Below, piece by piece: positions 1 through 13,070 of a DNA stretch of 64,000 nt (positions are counted from its first letter, which is position 1; each line of letters opens with the position of its first letter). The DNA is taken from NCBI GenBank assembly GCA_951406725.2, contig OX597817.1, positions 57,908,001 through 57,972,000 on the forward strand, written 5' to 3'. Position numbers and translations under genes: made by a program. The notes beneath the pieces were generated by a model, which was given only the letters and a program-made list of their open reading frames with translations, ran no database searches and had not been told where the DNA came from. Origin of the DNA: Octopus vulgaris (Eukaryota).

Positions 1-462
1 TTAAGGGGGAGGGGGAAGGGGATAGAGGACACAAGTGTCAGCTGGGGTCAGTGTTGAAATGTAGGGCGCACTAACAGACAAGGAGACCACAACAAGTAAA
101 AGGGATCCAGTTACAGATAGAGAAACAAAAAAAAGCTTGCCCAGTTGGTCCCACTCCTATAATGGCCAACAAACAGCAGCAGTAATAGCAATGCCTACCA
201 AACAAACACTGGAGAGTAAACAAACAAAAGCGAAAGAAAAAGCAAAAGGAAGCAAAAATGTCAGTTTCCTCCTTTTTTTTGTGTGTAAATGTCGCTATTT
301 AACACAGTTTTTCAATGTTTGGAGAAAGTAAAGTGATATTTCAAGAATGTGTAATAGTTGGTAAAATACTGTATTAGGAGAACCTGAACACAATTGTCTT
401 CTAGCCATCCCCCCCCCGTACCTCTACACAAAAGGCATTTTATGTTCAGCTCTTTCTGTGTT

Positions 463-1253
463 ATCATCATCATCATCATCGTTTAACTGCGGCTTTCCAT
501 CTACACATGCTGTCATGCGGTGGATGGTTTGACTGAGGGCTGGCAAGCCAGAAGGCTGTACCAAGCTCCAATCCGATCTGGCAAAGTTTCTACAGCTGGA
601 TGCCCTTCCTAACACCAACCTATTTCTTTACTACCCACAAGGGGCTAAACACAGAGAGGACAAACAAGGATAGACAAACGGATTAAGTCGTAACTGGTAC
701 TTATTTAATCGACCCCGAAAAGATGAAAGGCAAAGTCGACCTTGGCGGAATTTGAACTCGGAACGTAACGGCAGACGAAATACTGTTAAGCATTTCGCCC
801 GGCGTGCTAACGTTTCTGCCAGCTCACCGCCTTCCTAACACCAACCACTCCGACAGTGTAGCGGGTGCTTTTTATGTGTCACTGGCACGAGGGCCAGTCA
901 GGCGGCACTGGCAATGGCCACGCTCCAATGGTGCTTTTTACTTGCCACTAGCACAGGAGCCAGTCAGGCAGCACCGGCAACAATCAGGCTCAAATGGTGC
1001 TTTTAACATGCCACCGGTCAGGCAGCACTGGCATTGACCACAGACTTGAATGGTGCTTTTTATGTGCCACCAGCACAGGTGCAAATCAGTCGGTATTGTC
1101 ATCGGCCATGACAATGATTTCACTTGTCTCGACAGGTCTTAGCAAGCACAGTTTATTGCCCAATGACTGAAGGGTATTCTTAAATGGGTTGGTTATGCAG
1201 CACTGGCATAGGCCATGGTTATGATCTCACTTGACTTGCCAAGTCTTGCTCGC
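463..1253 (-). mobile_element. Family F retroposon with internal GC-rich tandem units and (TGA)n tail, interrupted by a family A SINE
   Basis: Minus strand ends in a (GAT)n tail and contains ggtgttaggaagggcatccagctgtagaaac. Same blocks occur at 6870-7280, 10848-11075 and 13071-13870. About 60-bp internal units at 860-1100. Confidence 0.75.
621..830 (-). mobile_element. Family A tRNA-derived SINE with 16-bp TSD
   Basis: Head ggcggtgagctggcagaaacgttagc, B-box-like gagttcaaattcc. TSD cttcctaacaccaacc at 605-620 and 831-846. Confidence 0.9.
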
Positions 1254-1569
1254 CAACCATATGGCTCCAAGTACAAATCCACTGTGTGGTACCGTAGGCA
1301 AGTTTCCTATACTATAGTCCAAGACCGAGTAATGTCTTGTGAGTAACTTTGGAAGATAGAAATGGGGAAAAAAAGCACACGTGGGTGGGTGTGAATGTGT
1401 GTTACTGTCTCCTTGCCTTAACATCGCTTGACAGTTGTAAAAAATCCTGCCAAAACAGTTGCAGAAGTCTGGTGCAGGCTTCTGCCTGGCTGGCTCCTGT
1501 CAAACTGTCCTACCCATGCCAGCATGGAAGGCGGATGTTAAGCAATGATGATGGTGATACATATATGAA

Positions 1570-1712
1570 GTTTTAGCAGAATGATTCGACCCAAGTAGTC
1601 TTTTTTAAAGCCTGTTACTTACTCTATCAATATCTTCTGCCAAACTGCTAAGTTATGGGGACATAAACATCCCAACACCAGTTGTCAAGTAGTGGTGGGG
1701 GACAAACACAGA

Positions 1713-1798
<86 letters not shown>

Positions 1799-1955
1799 AG
1801 CAGGCTTCTTTCACTTTCTGTCAACTAAATCTACTCACAAGGCTATGGTCAGCCCAAGGTTATAGGAAAGGGCACTTGCCCAACATACCAAACAGTGGAA
1901 CTCAACCCAGAACCATGTGGTCAGGAAGCAAGTTCCTTATCTTACAGTCACACCT
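1570..1955 (-). mobile_element. Family B tRNA/CORE-like SINE with internal microsatellite (CpG-decayed)
   Basis: Reverse complement of the 8294-8695 element; internal (TA)n/(TC)n tract at 1713-1798. Confidence 0.8.
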
Positions 1956-1965
1956 ATATATAAAT

Positions 1966-2028
<63 letters not shown>

Positions 2029-2069
2029 AGGGTAGGCTGTTTGCATTTTTACAACTGAAAGGCAGAAAT

Positions 2070-2204
2070 ATGTCACTAAAGTGATTGAGGGCAGTGACTG
2101 TCAGTCATTAAGATAAGGTGCTTTTTGCGGTTAGGAGTTGCTTTAACTCTTGTTTCTAGCAATACTGGTGCCGACAAGTGCCCTCTGTCACTTTAGTGAT
2201 GTGT
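2070..2204. mobile_element. Small foldback/MITE-like element
   Basis: Inverted arms tcactaaagtgattgagggca (from 2074) and tgccctctgtcactttagtga (2179-2199). Confidence 0.45.
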
Positions 2205-2237
2205 GTATGTGCATGTATATATATATATATATATATA

Positions 2238-2431
2238 TAATACCAGAGTAAGCACATAAATGGGAAACAAGGTAGGAAAAATAGTACTCGAATCCCAGAG
2301 GTAGAGTAATATGCTTTATTAAAAAGCAGCAAAAATATCACAAAAAGTGTTACTCAGAGATTCATGTTCCTCTCCAATGAAAACTCTGAGTAACAGTTTT
2401 TGTGATATTTTTGCTGCTTTTTAATAAAGCA
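2238..2431 (-). mobile_element. Penelope-like inverted-arm plus tail insertion in (TA)n
   Basis: About 47-bp inverted arms 2313-2359 and 2384-2431, an unpaired extension on one side (2238-2312), flanked by (TA)n on both sides. Confidence 0.6.
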
Positions 2432-3012
2432 CATATATATATATATTTCATTTTCTCCACAATCAAGTCCAGTTCTAGAGGTATCCTAGTGTTGCTACTG
2501 GTTGGTATCCAAGCTTCTGCAAGTGGACACTGGTCAATATTGAAATATATAACAGTTTTCTCGCAGACACTAATTGACAATACAATTTAACTGTGATTAG
2601 CTTTTAATTGTCCTTTAAATAAATCCATAGCAAATCAAACAGGACTTGGCCAGAGAAGGTGTGAGCGTGTTTCAGAATTACACGTCTCCTCTGTTTGTGT
2701 GTGTGAGGGGGGGAGGCAACACACGCACGTGCATGCTTGCACATGTCCTTCAGAATTATTTGTCTCATGTGTGTGAGTATATGCTTTTCAGAAATGTGTG
2801 TATGCACTTCATGTATAGAATAAAAAATCTTTTTAGTTAGGAAAAGTTATGGTTAGAGACAGAAAGGGCATCCAGCCAAAAAACATTACCCCAATATTAT
2901 ATATCATGGAATTGACCAGACTGCTGGATATTGTTATACATCACTGGTTTCAATGTGTTTCACATTGTTTTAGCTTTGGAATTATGCCACCCCTCTTGCT
3001 AGGCGAAGTAAG

Positions 3013-3287
3013 TGGAGGCACATGGCCTCGTGGTTAGAGCAGCGGATTCGTGGTTGAGGGATTGCAGGTTCAAATCTCAGACCTTGCGATGTGTGTGTTT
3101 ATGAGCGAAACACCTAAGCTCCACGCGGCTCCGTCAGAAGGTAATGAGGAACTTCTGCTGACCCTTTCACCACAACTTTATCTCACTCTTTCCTCCTGCA
3201 TCTAGCAGCTCACCTGCAACAGACCGGCCAAGGAAACCAGGAAACCAACCCTTATGAACCAGGCATGGCTCGATAAGGAACAAACTA
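3013..3287 (+). mobile_element. Family C tRNA-derived SINE
   Basis: A-box tggcctcgtggtt, B-box ggttcaaatctc; closely similar copy at 52405-52703. Confidence 0.85.
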
Positions 3288-3626
3288 GGTGAAGTAAGCC
3301 AACATTCCCCCTGATTGGAAGGTTAGTCTGTCGTAGGGTTATCTAATTACAGCTGAGTGGACAGGAGCAATGTAAAATGAAGAATTTAGCTCAAGAACAA
3401 GTGCTGCTTACTTCAAGAATTGAACCCACTACTGCTGGATTGTGAGTGTAATATGCTAACCATAGCCATGCACCTGCCCACAAGCACACACACACATATA
3501 TATGTATCTAATCCATGCTGGAAGGAATGCAAAAGAGATGAAAATGTGTGTATACATATCTGCCATTTTTTAATCTTACCGCGCACACACACAAGGTTTT
3601 ATATCATTGTCTCCCTTTGTTTTTTT

Positions 3627-4198
3627 TAACCCTTTAACATTTAAACTGGCCACACCCAGCTAAAATATTCTACCTGTTTTTATGGTCTAGCCAGCCGGAT
3701 CTGGCATATCACACTTTCTTTACAATGTCATTTAAAAAATAAACAATCACATCAAGAATCACAAAGCTATAAGATAATCCCATGATTAATTCAAAACAAT
3801 ATGAATAAATAAGCATCATATATGACAGTAGTGAAGGCGCATGGCTCAGTGGTTAGAGCGTTGAGCTTGCAATCGTGAGGTTGAATCCCGGACCGGGCTG
3901 CGTGTTGTGTTCTTGAGCAAGACACTTTATTTCACGTTGCTCCAGTTCACTCAGCTGTAGAAATGAGTTGCGACGTCACAGGTGCCAAGCTGTATCGGCC
4001 TTTGCCTTTCCCTTGGACAACACGGGTGGCGTGGAGATAGGAGGCCGGTATGCATGGGCGACTACTGGTCTTCCATATACAACCTTGCCCTGACTTGTGC
4101 CTGGGAGGGTAACTTTCTAGGTGCAATCCCATGGTCTGTGTCATGACCAAAGGGGGTCTCAGAATATATGACAGAAGAATCTGAATGCTGAAGGGTTG
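3627..4198. mobile_element. piggyBac-type MITE (TTAA/CCC ends) interrupted by family D SINE
   Basis: Begins ttaaccctttaacatt and ends aatgctgaagggttga; opposite-strand end of the same family at 6812. Confidence 0.65.
3833..4160 (+). mobile_element. Family D tRNA-derived CORE-type SINE with TSD
   Basis: A-box tggctcagtgg; CORE-like ttgagcaagacactttatttcacgttgctccagttcactcagctgtagaaatgag. TSD atatatgacag at 3818-3828 and 4164-4174. Confidence 0.85.
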
Positions 4199-5461
4199 AG
4201 ACTGTAGGGTTATGCGCTGAAGGAAAATTGACTGCTATTTTTTGCAGGCCAAGTAACCAGTGCATGTGTGAGGTGTGTGAGAGTCGGGTGTTGGTTTTGA
4301 GTGAGTGAACATTATGCAGGACAGTGAGAAACAGAAACGCCACCACCACCACCACCACTTTAGTTGAATGGCATGCCCCCCTCCCCAGTCACTAGAGGGT
4401 GATGGAATGGGTGGATGTGAAAAGTTGTCAAAGCCAGAGGTAAATTTATAGACAGGATGTCTGCCAAGAGGGGGGTGGGGGTAGAACAAGAACAAGACAC
4501 TGTTCACACACACACAAATAAACAAACACAGTCACACACACACACACACACATTAAAGTAGACAGTGGTATAAAGTGTATTTAGAAGGATATAATGTGAT
4601 AAATTTGAAAGGTGAGCAATGGTGAATGATAAATGCATAGGCAGGTGAGGAGAGAAAGAGAGAGAGAGTATGTTGATAGGTGGGGGAGGGCATGAGTGAA
4701 CAAGATTGTTAAAGGGCGTATGGAGAGGGTGAGAGTCTCCCCATGGACTCTGCTCTACTTTAGGCTGCATCAAAATAGCAATAGCTGTAGATAATAATAA
4801 TAATAACAATGTTATCAGGTGACAGGTTTTCCAGGTACAAAAGCTGCTTTGTTGTCAGCAATTAAAATAAGAAAACAAAAACTGAATTAAATAGAACCAT
4901 AAGTAGTGTGTGTGTGTGTGTATGTGTGTAACACACAACATTTAGGTTTTCCATTCTGTTTAGTTAGTCGGGGAGAGCTTTGGTTAGTTGTGGAGGACAG
5001 TGCTTTAAAGGATAATGTCTGGCTGTCCTAAATTTAGAGTAATAAATATTCGTATCTGATACAGCAAACACAAATTGTTTCTAAGGGTTTGTTTCCTATC
5101 TCCGCCCCACCACCACCACCACCACCGGGGTGGAGGTGGGCTACTTCATTACTGCAACACTATGAAGAAGAGGGCTTTTATGTAGTGATCTGATCTGCAA
5201 GAAATAGCAGCCAAAAACCTCTCTTGAATTGCATCAGGCCATCTTGAAAAGTGAAAGAAACATTGGATTGGGATAATATAGTCGCAGATAGGTGCAGGCA
5301 TGGCCGTGACTGCATAGTTCGGGGTTCAATCCTACAGAGTGGCAACTTGGACAAGAGTTCTCAACTATAGCTTAGGGCTGGCCAAAACCCTGTAACTGGT
5401 TTTGATAGATGGAAACTGAAAGAAGCCCATTGTGTGTGTGTGAGTGTGTGTGTATGTATAT

Positions 5462-5845
5462 AGGCATGGCTGTGTGGTAAGAAGTTTGCTTCCCAACCAC
5501 ATTGATCCAGGTTCAGTCCCACTGGGTGGCACCTTGGGCAAATGTCTTCTACTATAGCCTTGGTCCAACCAAAGCTTTGTGAGTGGATTTGGTAGACAGA
5601 AACTCTGTGTGTGTGTGTGTGTGTGCAGGAATGGGGGGGGGGTACTGTCCCCCTGTCCTGACACCAAAGGATATAGTAAATGAATGTCGTTATTGCAAGT
5701 GATGTTCGTTCTTTATCTTCCATGAAGAACATGTCTGATTAAGGGAAAATATTACCTTACTTGGAAACAGGTAAGGGCTGGAGGACAGGAAATTCCGTAT
5801 GGCTTATGTGAGTATGGGACAGTGGACATTATGACGATGAAGATA
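5462..5845 (+). mobile_element. Family B head joined to an alternative (TGA)n-type tail
   Basis: B-family head, then ggaaacaggtaagggctgg and gtggacattatgacgatgaaga; same arrangement at 1265-1555 and 9455-10090. Confidence 0.65.
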
Positions 5846-6869
5846 TGTAATACCTGGGAGAGAAGATTGGGATGGTCGTGTGTGGAAAGCTTTTGTTTCA
5901 CAGCAACCTCCTACTCTAGGTTTACAAAAGTGATTAAGAGAATAGGTGTCGCTACTAATAACAAAAGCAAGCAAAAATAACTAGCAGATTTAGCTCTGTA
6001 TGCTAGAAATAACAGCCAATATCTTTTCTTCAAGCCATATACCTCTAATATCTATGTGTTTGTTTGAGGCAGGAAATTCAACAGTATATCATGTATTACA
6101 TTTTACATTTTAAAGTGGACCCTGCCCTTTTGGGTGGTATGTACATAACACTATCCAGTTTAACACCAGGCCCTACCCCCAAGATCTGCATAGTTAAAGC
6201 TAGCATAGAAATACACAATACACCACAATATCATTAAGTTTTATTATCCCACATTTACTGGGCCTCTCTGAGCTGGATATGTTGATAATAATACAGTAGT
6301 TTTTTTGTTTTTGTCTTCTGTGAAATATCCCTGCACCAAGGGAAGATAACTCATTGCAACAGGCAAAATTCCTTTCTCAAGCAGTAAAATGGCAGAGTTT
6401 TTAGAGCACTGGATAAAATGCCTTGTGGTATTTGTTCTGACTATGCTTTAAGTTCAAATTCCACCAAAATCAACTTTGACTTTCCAATCTAAAGCAGTGC
6501 ATTGGCAAAACTGTGAGAACATTAAGCCAGATGCCTTGTGGTATTTATTTGTACCAGTGATTTGTGTTCCAAGTTCAAATCTCACCATGGTCAAGCAAGC
6601 GATGGTGGTCTTAATTCATTGCCTGGCACTTTCAGTGCCTTTAGTGGAGACTACTGTGTTGCAAGCATTCAGGCAAGGTCTACGCTTTCCTTCCTACCAC
6701 CCATCTTGAATGTTATGGACATTATGTTCAGGACAAAAATATAAGAGAAATTATTCAAATTCAGAACTGTCCATTGATAATGTCCCTAAGTACAAACAAG
6801 AAAAAAACTGCTTTAACCCTTTAGCACTCAGATTACTTTGTCAAATGTGATGATTATGTGATTGATATC

Positions 6870-7280
6870 AGTACCCCCTGACTGGCTCCCGTGCGGGTGG
6901 CACATAAAAAGCACTATCTGAATGTGACCGGTGCCAGGGCAGCCTGACTGGCCTATGCTGATGGCATGTAAAAAGCACTATTAGAACATGACCAGTGCCA
7001 GGGCTGCCTGACTGGCTCCTTGGTGGCACATAAAAAGCACTATCTGAACGTGGCTCCTTGGTGGCACATAAAAAGCACTATCTGAACGTGACCGGTGCCA
7101 GTGGAATGTAAAAAGCACCCACTGCACTCTTGGAGTGGTTGGCGTTAGGAAGGGAATTCAGTTGTAGAAACCTTGCCAGAACAGACTGGAGCCTGATGCA
7201 GCTGCTGGCTCTCCAGACCTCAGTCAAATCGTCCAACCCATGCTAGCATGGAAAGCAGATATTAAACGATGATAATGATT
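6870..7280 (+). mobile_element. Family F element with tandem units, inserted in a piggyBac-type MITE
   Basis: Repeated ggcacataaaaagcactatctgaa units, then ggcgttaggaagggaattcag and gcatggaaagcagatattaaacgatgat. Confidence 0.75.
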
Positions 7281-7553
7281 GTTTACAATTAACCGTGTGT
7301 CATCTTGTAGCTTCTGGGTTGTGTTTCTTTCAATTACTTTAAATATTACAAAGAATTTAGTAAAATAACTTAGTTATTGTTAAGCTGGTGTTAGGAACAT
7401 AAATTGTGACTAAGGTTTGGTGGAAGATTTTAATTCAAAACTTATGAAAACAAGACATTTATGCTGCAGAGGCATAGCAACACACTTCATTTCACATTGA
7501 TCCAATCCATTCAGTGGTAAATGAGTGACCCCCTGCAATGACTGGTATCCTGT

Positions 7554-7766
7554 TTAACCCTTTCATTACTGTATTTATTTTGAGACACTCTGTTTCTTCC
7601 AATTACTTAAAATATAACAAAGAATTTAGTAAAATAACTTAGTTATCGTTAAGCTAGTGTTAGGAATATAAATTGTGACTAAGGTTTTGTGAAAAATTTT
7701 AATCTAAAACTTATGAAAACAAGACATTCAGAGCCGGTTTCAGCCGGGATGGTAATGAAAGGGTTA
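7554..7766. mobile_element. piggyBac-type MITE, about 210 bp
   Basis: TIRs taaccctttcattac / gtaatgaaagggtta; same body at 7320-7470, 14954-15188 and 15212-15443. Confidence 0.8.
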
Positions 7767-8293
7767 CGGAGCATGTTGTGATCTTGGCCATTTATAGACC
7801 ATAGAAACCAGCTAACCAACCCCCTACGAGGCCCAGGACTTGAGATAGCAATGGGGTTGTTGATGATGAACTTGTCTTAGGCCAACAATGTTTAATTCTC
7901 TGAGCAGAACCTATTTCTATTGTAACAGAAATCTATTCTGATACTAATCAGAGTGAGGCCAGCTAATGAACATAATAAATGTTAAAGTACTACTCAGTAT
8001 CTGATGACACTAAAGACCATTACTGTCAGCTTGCTGTATATGAAGTGTGTAGACAGAAATATATTACTGTTAATGAGGTGAAGCAGAATAGGACACTAGT
8101 CTCCAGTGGAAATTATATCAAATTCGTAGTAGTAGTAGTAATTGTTTAGCCCAGGGTCAGTACTGATTCAACTGATGTAACCTCAAAAGAATTCCAGTCT
8201 TTTTGTAGATGCATATAGGTAGATGCATATAGGTAGAAGCACGGCTGTGTGGTTAAGATGTTCATTTCCCACCCATGTGATTCCAGGTTCAGT

Positions 8294-8695
8294 TGCAGGA
8301 GTGGCTGTGTGGTAAGTAGCTTGTTTACCAACCACATGGTTCCGGGTTCAGTCCCACTGCATGGCACCTTGGGCAAGTGTCTTCTACTATAGCCTCGGGC
8401 CGACCAAAGCCTTGTGAGTGGATTTGGTAGACAGAAACTGAAAGAAGCCCGTCGTATATATGTATATATATATATGCGTGTGTGTGTGTCTGCATTTGTC
8501 CCCCTAGCATTGCTTGACAACCGATGCTGGTGTGTTTATGTCCCTGTTACTTAGCGGTTCGGCAAAAGAGACCGATAAAATAAGTACTGGGCTTACAAAG
8601 AATAAGTCCTGGGGTCGAGTTGCTCGATTAAAGGCGGTGCTCCAGCATGGCCGCAGTCAAATGACTGAAACAAGTAAAAGAGTAAAAGAAAGAGT
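8294..8695 (+). mobile_element. Full-length family B SINE nested in an older family B copy, 19-bp TSD
   Basis: A-box tggctgtgtgg, B-box-like gggttcagtccc, CORE-like ccttgggcaagtgtc, internal (TA)/(TG) tract, tail aagtaaaagagtaaaaga. TSD atgtgattccaggttcagt at 8275-8293 and 8696-8714. Confidence 0.9.
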
Positions 8696-9831
8696 ATGTG
8701 ATTCCAGGTTCAGTCCTATAGTGTAGCACTTTGGGCGAGTGTCTCCTACTATAGCCTTGGACTGACCAGTCTTGTAAGTGGATTTTGTAGGAGTCCATCA
8801 TGTATGTCAAAGAGAGTCCAGCCCATGCCAGCATGAAGCATGGATGTTAAATAATGATGGTAACAGACTAGATCTAGGACTACATTATCAAATAGAGCCT
8901 TCTTTTTTAGGATGGTTACAGTGTAAATTGAGGGTGATTTGGTTTTATTATATGATTGCACAAATTGCTTGTACAAGTAGTAGTAAGCCACCAGGGCTGG
9001 GTAGCAAAGCCTGTCACTGTAGGCATTATTTCCACTACCCCCTGATTACATCACCCTACCACCACGGATATGCCTTGTGGGCAGATATTTCCAAGTGCAG
9101 ATGTTTTTTCATGATGGGTTTGCTTCAAAGGAAATAGAAATAAAGATACAATCTATATAATATTCGAGTAATGGGATAAATTATGGAAGAATAAGAAAGG
9201 AGTAGAAAGATGAAACAAGGATGCCTTTCACTGCAAAGGGGTTAGCAAATATGTTTCCCCCATTTTAATAAAAGGTCTTGCTTAGATGAGAATCATAGAG
9301 CAGAACATGGAAAGATTTGCTGAGAAATATTCGTAAACCAATAAGTTGCTATTGGGAAATACACAGGATGAAAGGAGAGGATGCAATCCAAACTGCATAT
9401 ACCTTATCAAAACACGAACAAACATCACACACACACATTCATGCATGCATGAACACAGGTGTAGGCATGGCTGTGTGGTTAAGAAATACACTTTCAGATC
9501 ACATTCTTTTGGGTTTAGTCCTAGTGAAAGGCATATTAGACAAATGTCTTCTACTGTAGCCCCGTGCTATTACAGAAGACACATTTGAGAATAGATTTGA
9601 TAGAGAGGCGCTGAAAGAAGTCCATTGTGTGTGTGAGTGTGTTTACATTTAGATTTCTCTGAAAATTACTTCCCTACAGATATTTCCCCCTGTCAATGGG
9701 TCATCTGCTGGGTTTTTGTGTTTTCGAAAACATCTGGGAAGAGATATCCCTTACCTGAAAAACAGGTAAGGGTTAGTGACAGGAAAGGCATCTGACTGTA
9801 CAACAATGCCTCAATAATATATTCATCTAAC

Positions 9832-10045
9832 CAAGGTGGCAAGCTGGCAGAAACGTTAGCACAGCGGGCAAAATGCTTAGTGGTATGTCGTCTGTCTTTA
9901 CGTTCTGAGTTCAAATCCCGCCGAGGCCGACTTTCTTTCATCCTTTTCAGGTCGATAAATTAAGTGCCAGTTGCGTACTAGGGTTGATATAATCGACTGC
10001 TCCCCCACCAAAATTCCAGGCCTTGTGCCTTGAGTAGAAAAAAAT
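9832..10045 (+). mobile_element. Family A SINE, short-tail variant
   Basis: A-family head; tail ccaaaattccaggccttgtgccttgagtagaaa; atctaacc duplicated on both sides. Confidence 0.8.
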
Positions 10046-10694
10046 ATATCTATCTAACCCGTGCCAGCATGAAAAAATGGATGTAAAAATAAAACACACA
10101 TATACACACACACTATGTATCTCATATATATATATATAGTCAATATACATCGATTTCTTTTACATATATATGCCTGTACATGTGTGTGTGAGTGTTTTCC
10201 TTTTCTTATTTTTGATATTTTATTGTGCATATATTTTTATGTCTGAATGCATACATCCGTAGAGACAGACAGAAAGAGAGAGAGAGAGAGAATACAGTAT
10301 TTGAGGAGAGAGAGGCAATAGGAGAATGATTGAACGGTAAAAATTGATTACAGAATACATAAAATTAGTGAAAGTTGATTTGTGAAGGTAAAGTACCATT
10401 GTTGAGAGTTTGAGTCGATGTGTCATCTTTAAAGCAAGCTATCTTAAACCTGGCAATACACCAAGAGGTGCAGTGGTTCTCCAGATAAAGACTGGGTGGT
10501 GGGGTGGAGGAGAGAGAGAGAGTGAGAGAGAGAAGAGGGGTGGAGTATCTGGGATTGTCTTGCAGTAAAGACAGAGTGGTTATTCTCCAAGAAGGTGAAC
10601 AGGTAGATGATTACAACGGTAGTGATGGTGGTGGTGGTGTCAGTAGTGAGAGGATCAAGATAACATGCTATGATTGCCAACCATGATATATTAA

Positions 10695-10729
<35 letters not shown>

Positions 10730-11619
10730 CAGTTTGATTAAGTAATTGTCTTACTGGACAGACTGGAGGATTGCCACAAGTTCCTTGACTACAATGTGTA
10801 CAGTGTGTGTGTATGTATTTTAAGTATTTTATAACATTGGTTATATCCTCATCATCATCATCATCATTGAACATCTGTTTTCCATGCTGGCATGGGTTGG
10901 ATGGTTTGACAGGAGCTGGCAAGCCAATGGACTGTGCCAAGCTCCACTGTCTGCTTTGGCATGGTTTCTATGGCTGGAATGTCTTTCATAACACCAACCA
11001 CTTTACAGAGTGGACCGGATGCTTTTCAACTTGGCACCAGCACCAGTGAGGTTACCAAGTAACTCACAGGACAAGACCCCTCAACTGAGGCAGGGCGTGT
11101 AGTAGTACTGAGGAAAGTGGCTTTATGTCAGGTGATGAGAGGTTAAATTATGATGGAGGGACAGTAACAGGGGTTTTACAGTAGAGGAGATACATGGCAG
11201 CCCTATTTAGAGAAGAAAGAGGATGGAGGTGAAGATGTGCCTGGGCATATCCGCAAGTTACACAAAGGCAAATAAAAGAAGTGATACACACATGTGCACA
11301 CATACATGCATATATATAAAAGAGTGTATAATTGTAAATAAATCACAATTATAATGGAGAAGGTTATAAAAACCCTTACATATCTAGAAATAGCAGTTAA
11401 AACCACTATAAACACTCATATCTCCTCAACCATAAAAGCTGTTGGCGAGCGACATGACATAAAAATTCAAAATTTAAATAAAAATAAATGGTTAGTCTTC
11501 TATTGCAATTTTGAAGTAAGGAACCAAAAGTGGATCCGTTATAATTGTGATTTATTCACAATTATTCACACTTTTATGAAAAATTTTTTTGATTGCATGT
11601 TTTGGCCACTGATATTCTT

Positions 11620-11978
11620 TTCTTCTTTTACTTGTTATCAGTCATTTGACTGTGGCCATGCTGGAGCACCGCCTTTAGTCAAGCAAATTGACTATTTGTC
11701 TCTTTTGCCGAAACTGCTAAGTTATGGGAACGCAAACACACCAGCATCAGTTGCAATGTTGCGGGGTGGGGTGGGGACAAACACAGACACATAAACAGAT
11801 ACACACACACACACAATGAGCTTCTTTCAGTTTCTGTCTACCAAGTCAACTCACAAGGCTTTAGTCAGCCCAAGGCTATAGTGGAAGACACTTGCCCAAA
11901 GTACCACACAGTGGGATTGAACCCAGAATCATGTGGTTGGCAAGCAAGTAACTTACCACACAGCCACTCTTGCGCCTG
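11620..11978 (-). mobile_element. Family B SINE
   Basis: Reverse complement of the 8294-8695 family. Confidence 0.8.
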
Positions 11979-12114
11979 TAGATATTTGTAAATGATTTTG
12001 AATTGTTTACAATATATCCTGAGTTATGTATTTTTACATTCATTCCTCTTATACACACACATATATACACATATATAAAATGTTTGCTTTTATATATAGT
12101 TACATATAAAGACA

Positions 12115-12260
12115 ATCAAACATTAACATAAAGTGTTAGCAGACTCTCAGAGAAGGAAAGACAGGTGGTCTTACATTTTGAGCAAAGCTCTTCTTCAGAA
12201 ACAGAGGAAAATCCAATAGAAAAGGAAGATGGAGGAAAAAATCGTCAATGATTCACGTGT
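12115..12260 (-). mobile_element. Decayed hammerhead-bearing repeat (same family as 25390 and 49561)
   Basis: Minus strand gtttctgaagaagagctttgctcaaaatgtaagac, versus gtttctgacgaagagctccgctcgaaacgttaaat at 25458. Confidence 0.6.
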
Positions 12261-13070
12261 GGTTTACAGCCGACTGACTTTGGAATACCCAATTCGTGGA
12301 ATTCTTCCTACCATCAGATTACATTACCTTGTTCATTCAGAATATGCCATTTCTGCACCTTGATTGTGAATCATATATATATATATATATATATAAATAC
12401 AAATAGCAGTTTTTATCTCGGGACAGTGACACACTTGTGATTGAGATAATCTATAGAAAAAACATAAAACGTAGGTCTACATGACCTGGACTGTATCAGA
12501 AAGAACTGATATATTAACAGCATATAAATTAAACAGACCAATAATGTTTCTGTTAATTAATGTGTTGGCTTCATAGAAAATACAGGATTTGAACTCACAG
12601 ATGAAAAAAAGTTTTAATAAACAGGAAAGAAAATGGGGGAGGGGGGGCTGCTGCCATCAGGGAAATGGATGTGCATGATATGTAGAAAAGGAGCAGAGAG
12701 GGATTTCATAGGGTGTGCTCAAATTGGTGTGGTGGGAGTCACAAACAGGCTGACAGTAAATGAAAGCCTTGTATGCAGGAGATGAGTACTGGGGTAGTTA
12801 GCGCTGGAAGGAATTTATTTTACGAGTGATTTGACTGCTAAGAAAGCTCCTTAGAAGTAAGTTGATATTCTGTTACCTAGGCAACATAGTCAGCAGTGGA
12901 GGAAGGTATTCTGAAAGTAAAGGGGCCAGGATGGAGAACAGGATGGAGAAAATACAGGGGGCTATTAGCGCTTCTGGCAACAAAGAAATTCTCTCTTCAA
13001 ACAAAAGGTGGATTGCGCATTGCTTTGGTATGAATTACAGTACTGCATTGTAGTGTGACACTGGGGCCCT

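Noticed and set aside
3013-3090. tRNA genes at SINE heads (also 3833, 39637, 52405)
   Set aside because: A and B boxes are present, but there is no complete cloverleaf and each runs into a multi-copy SINE body.
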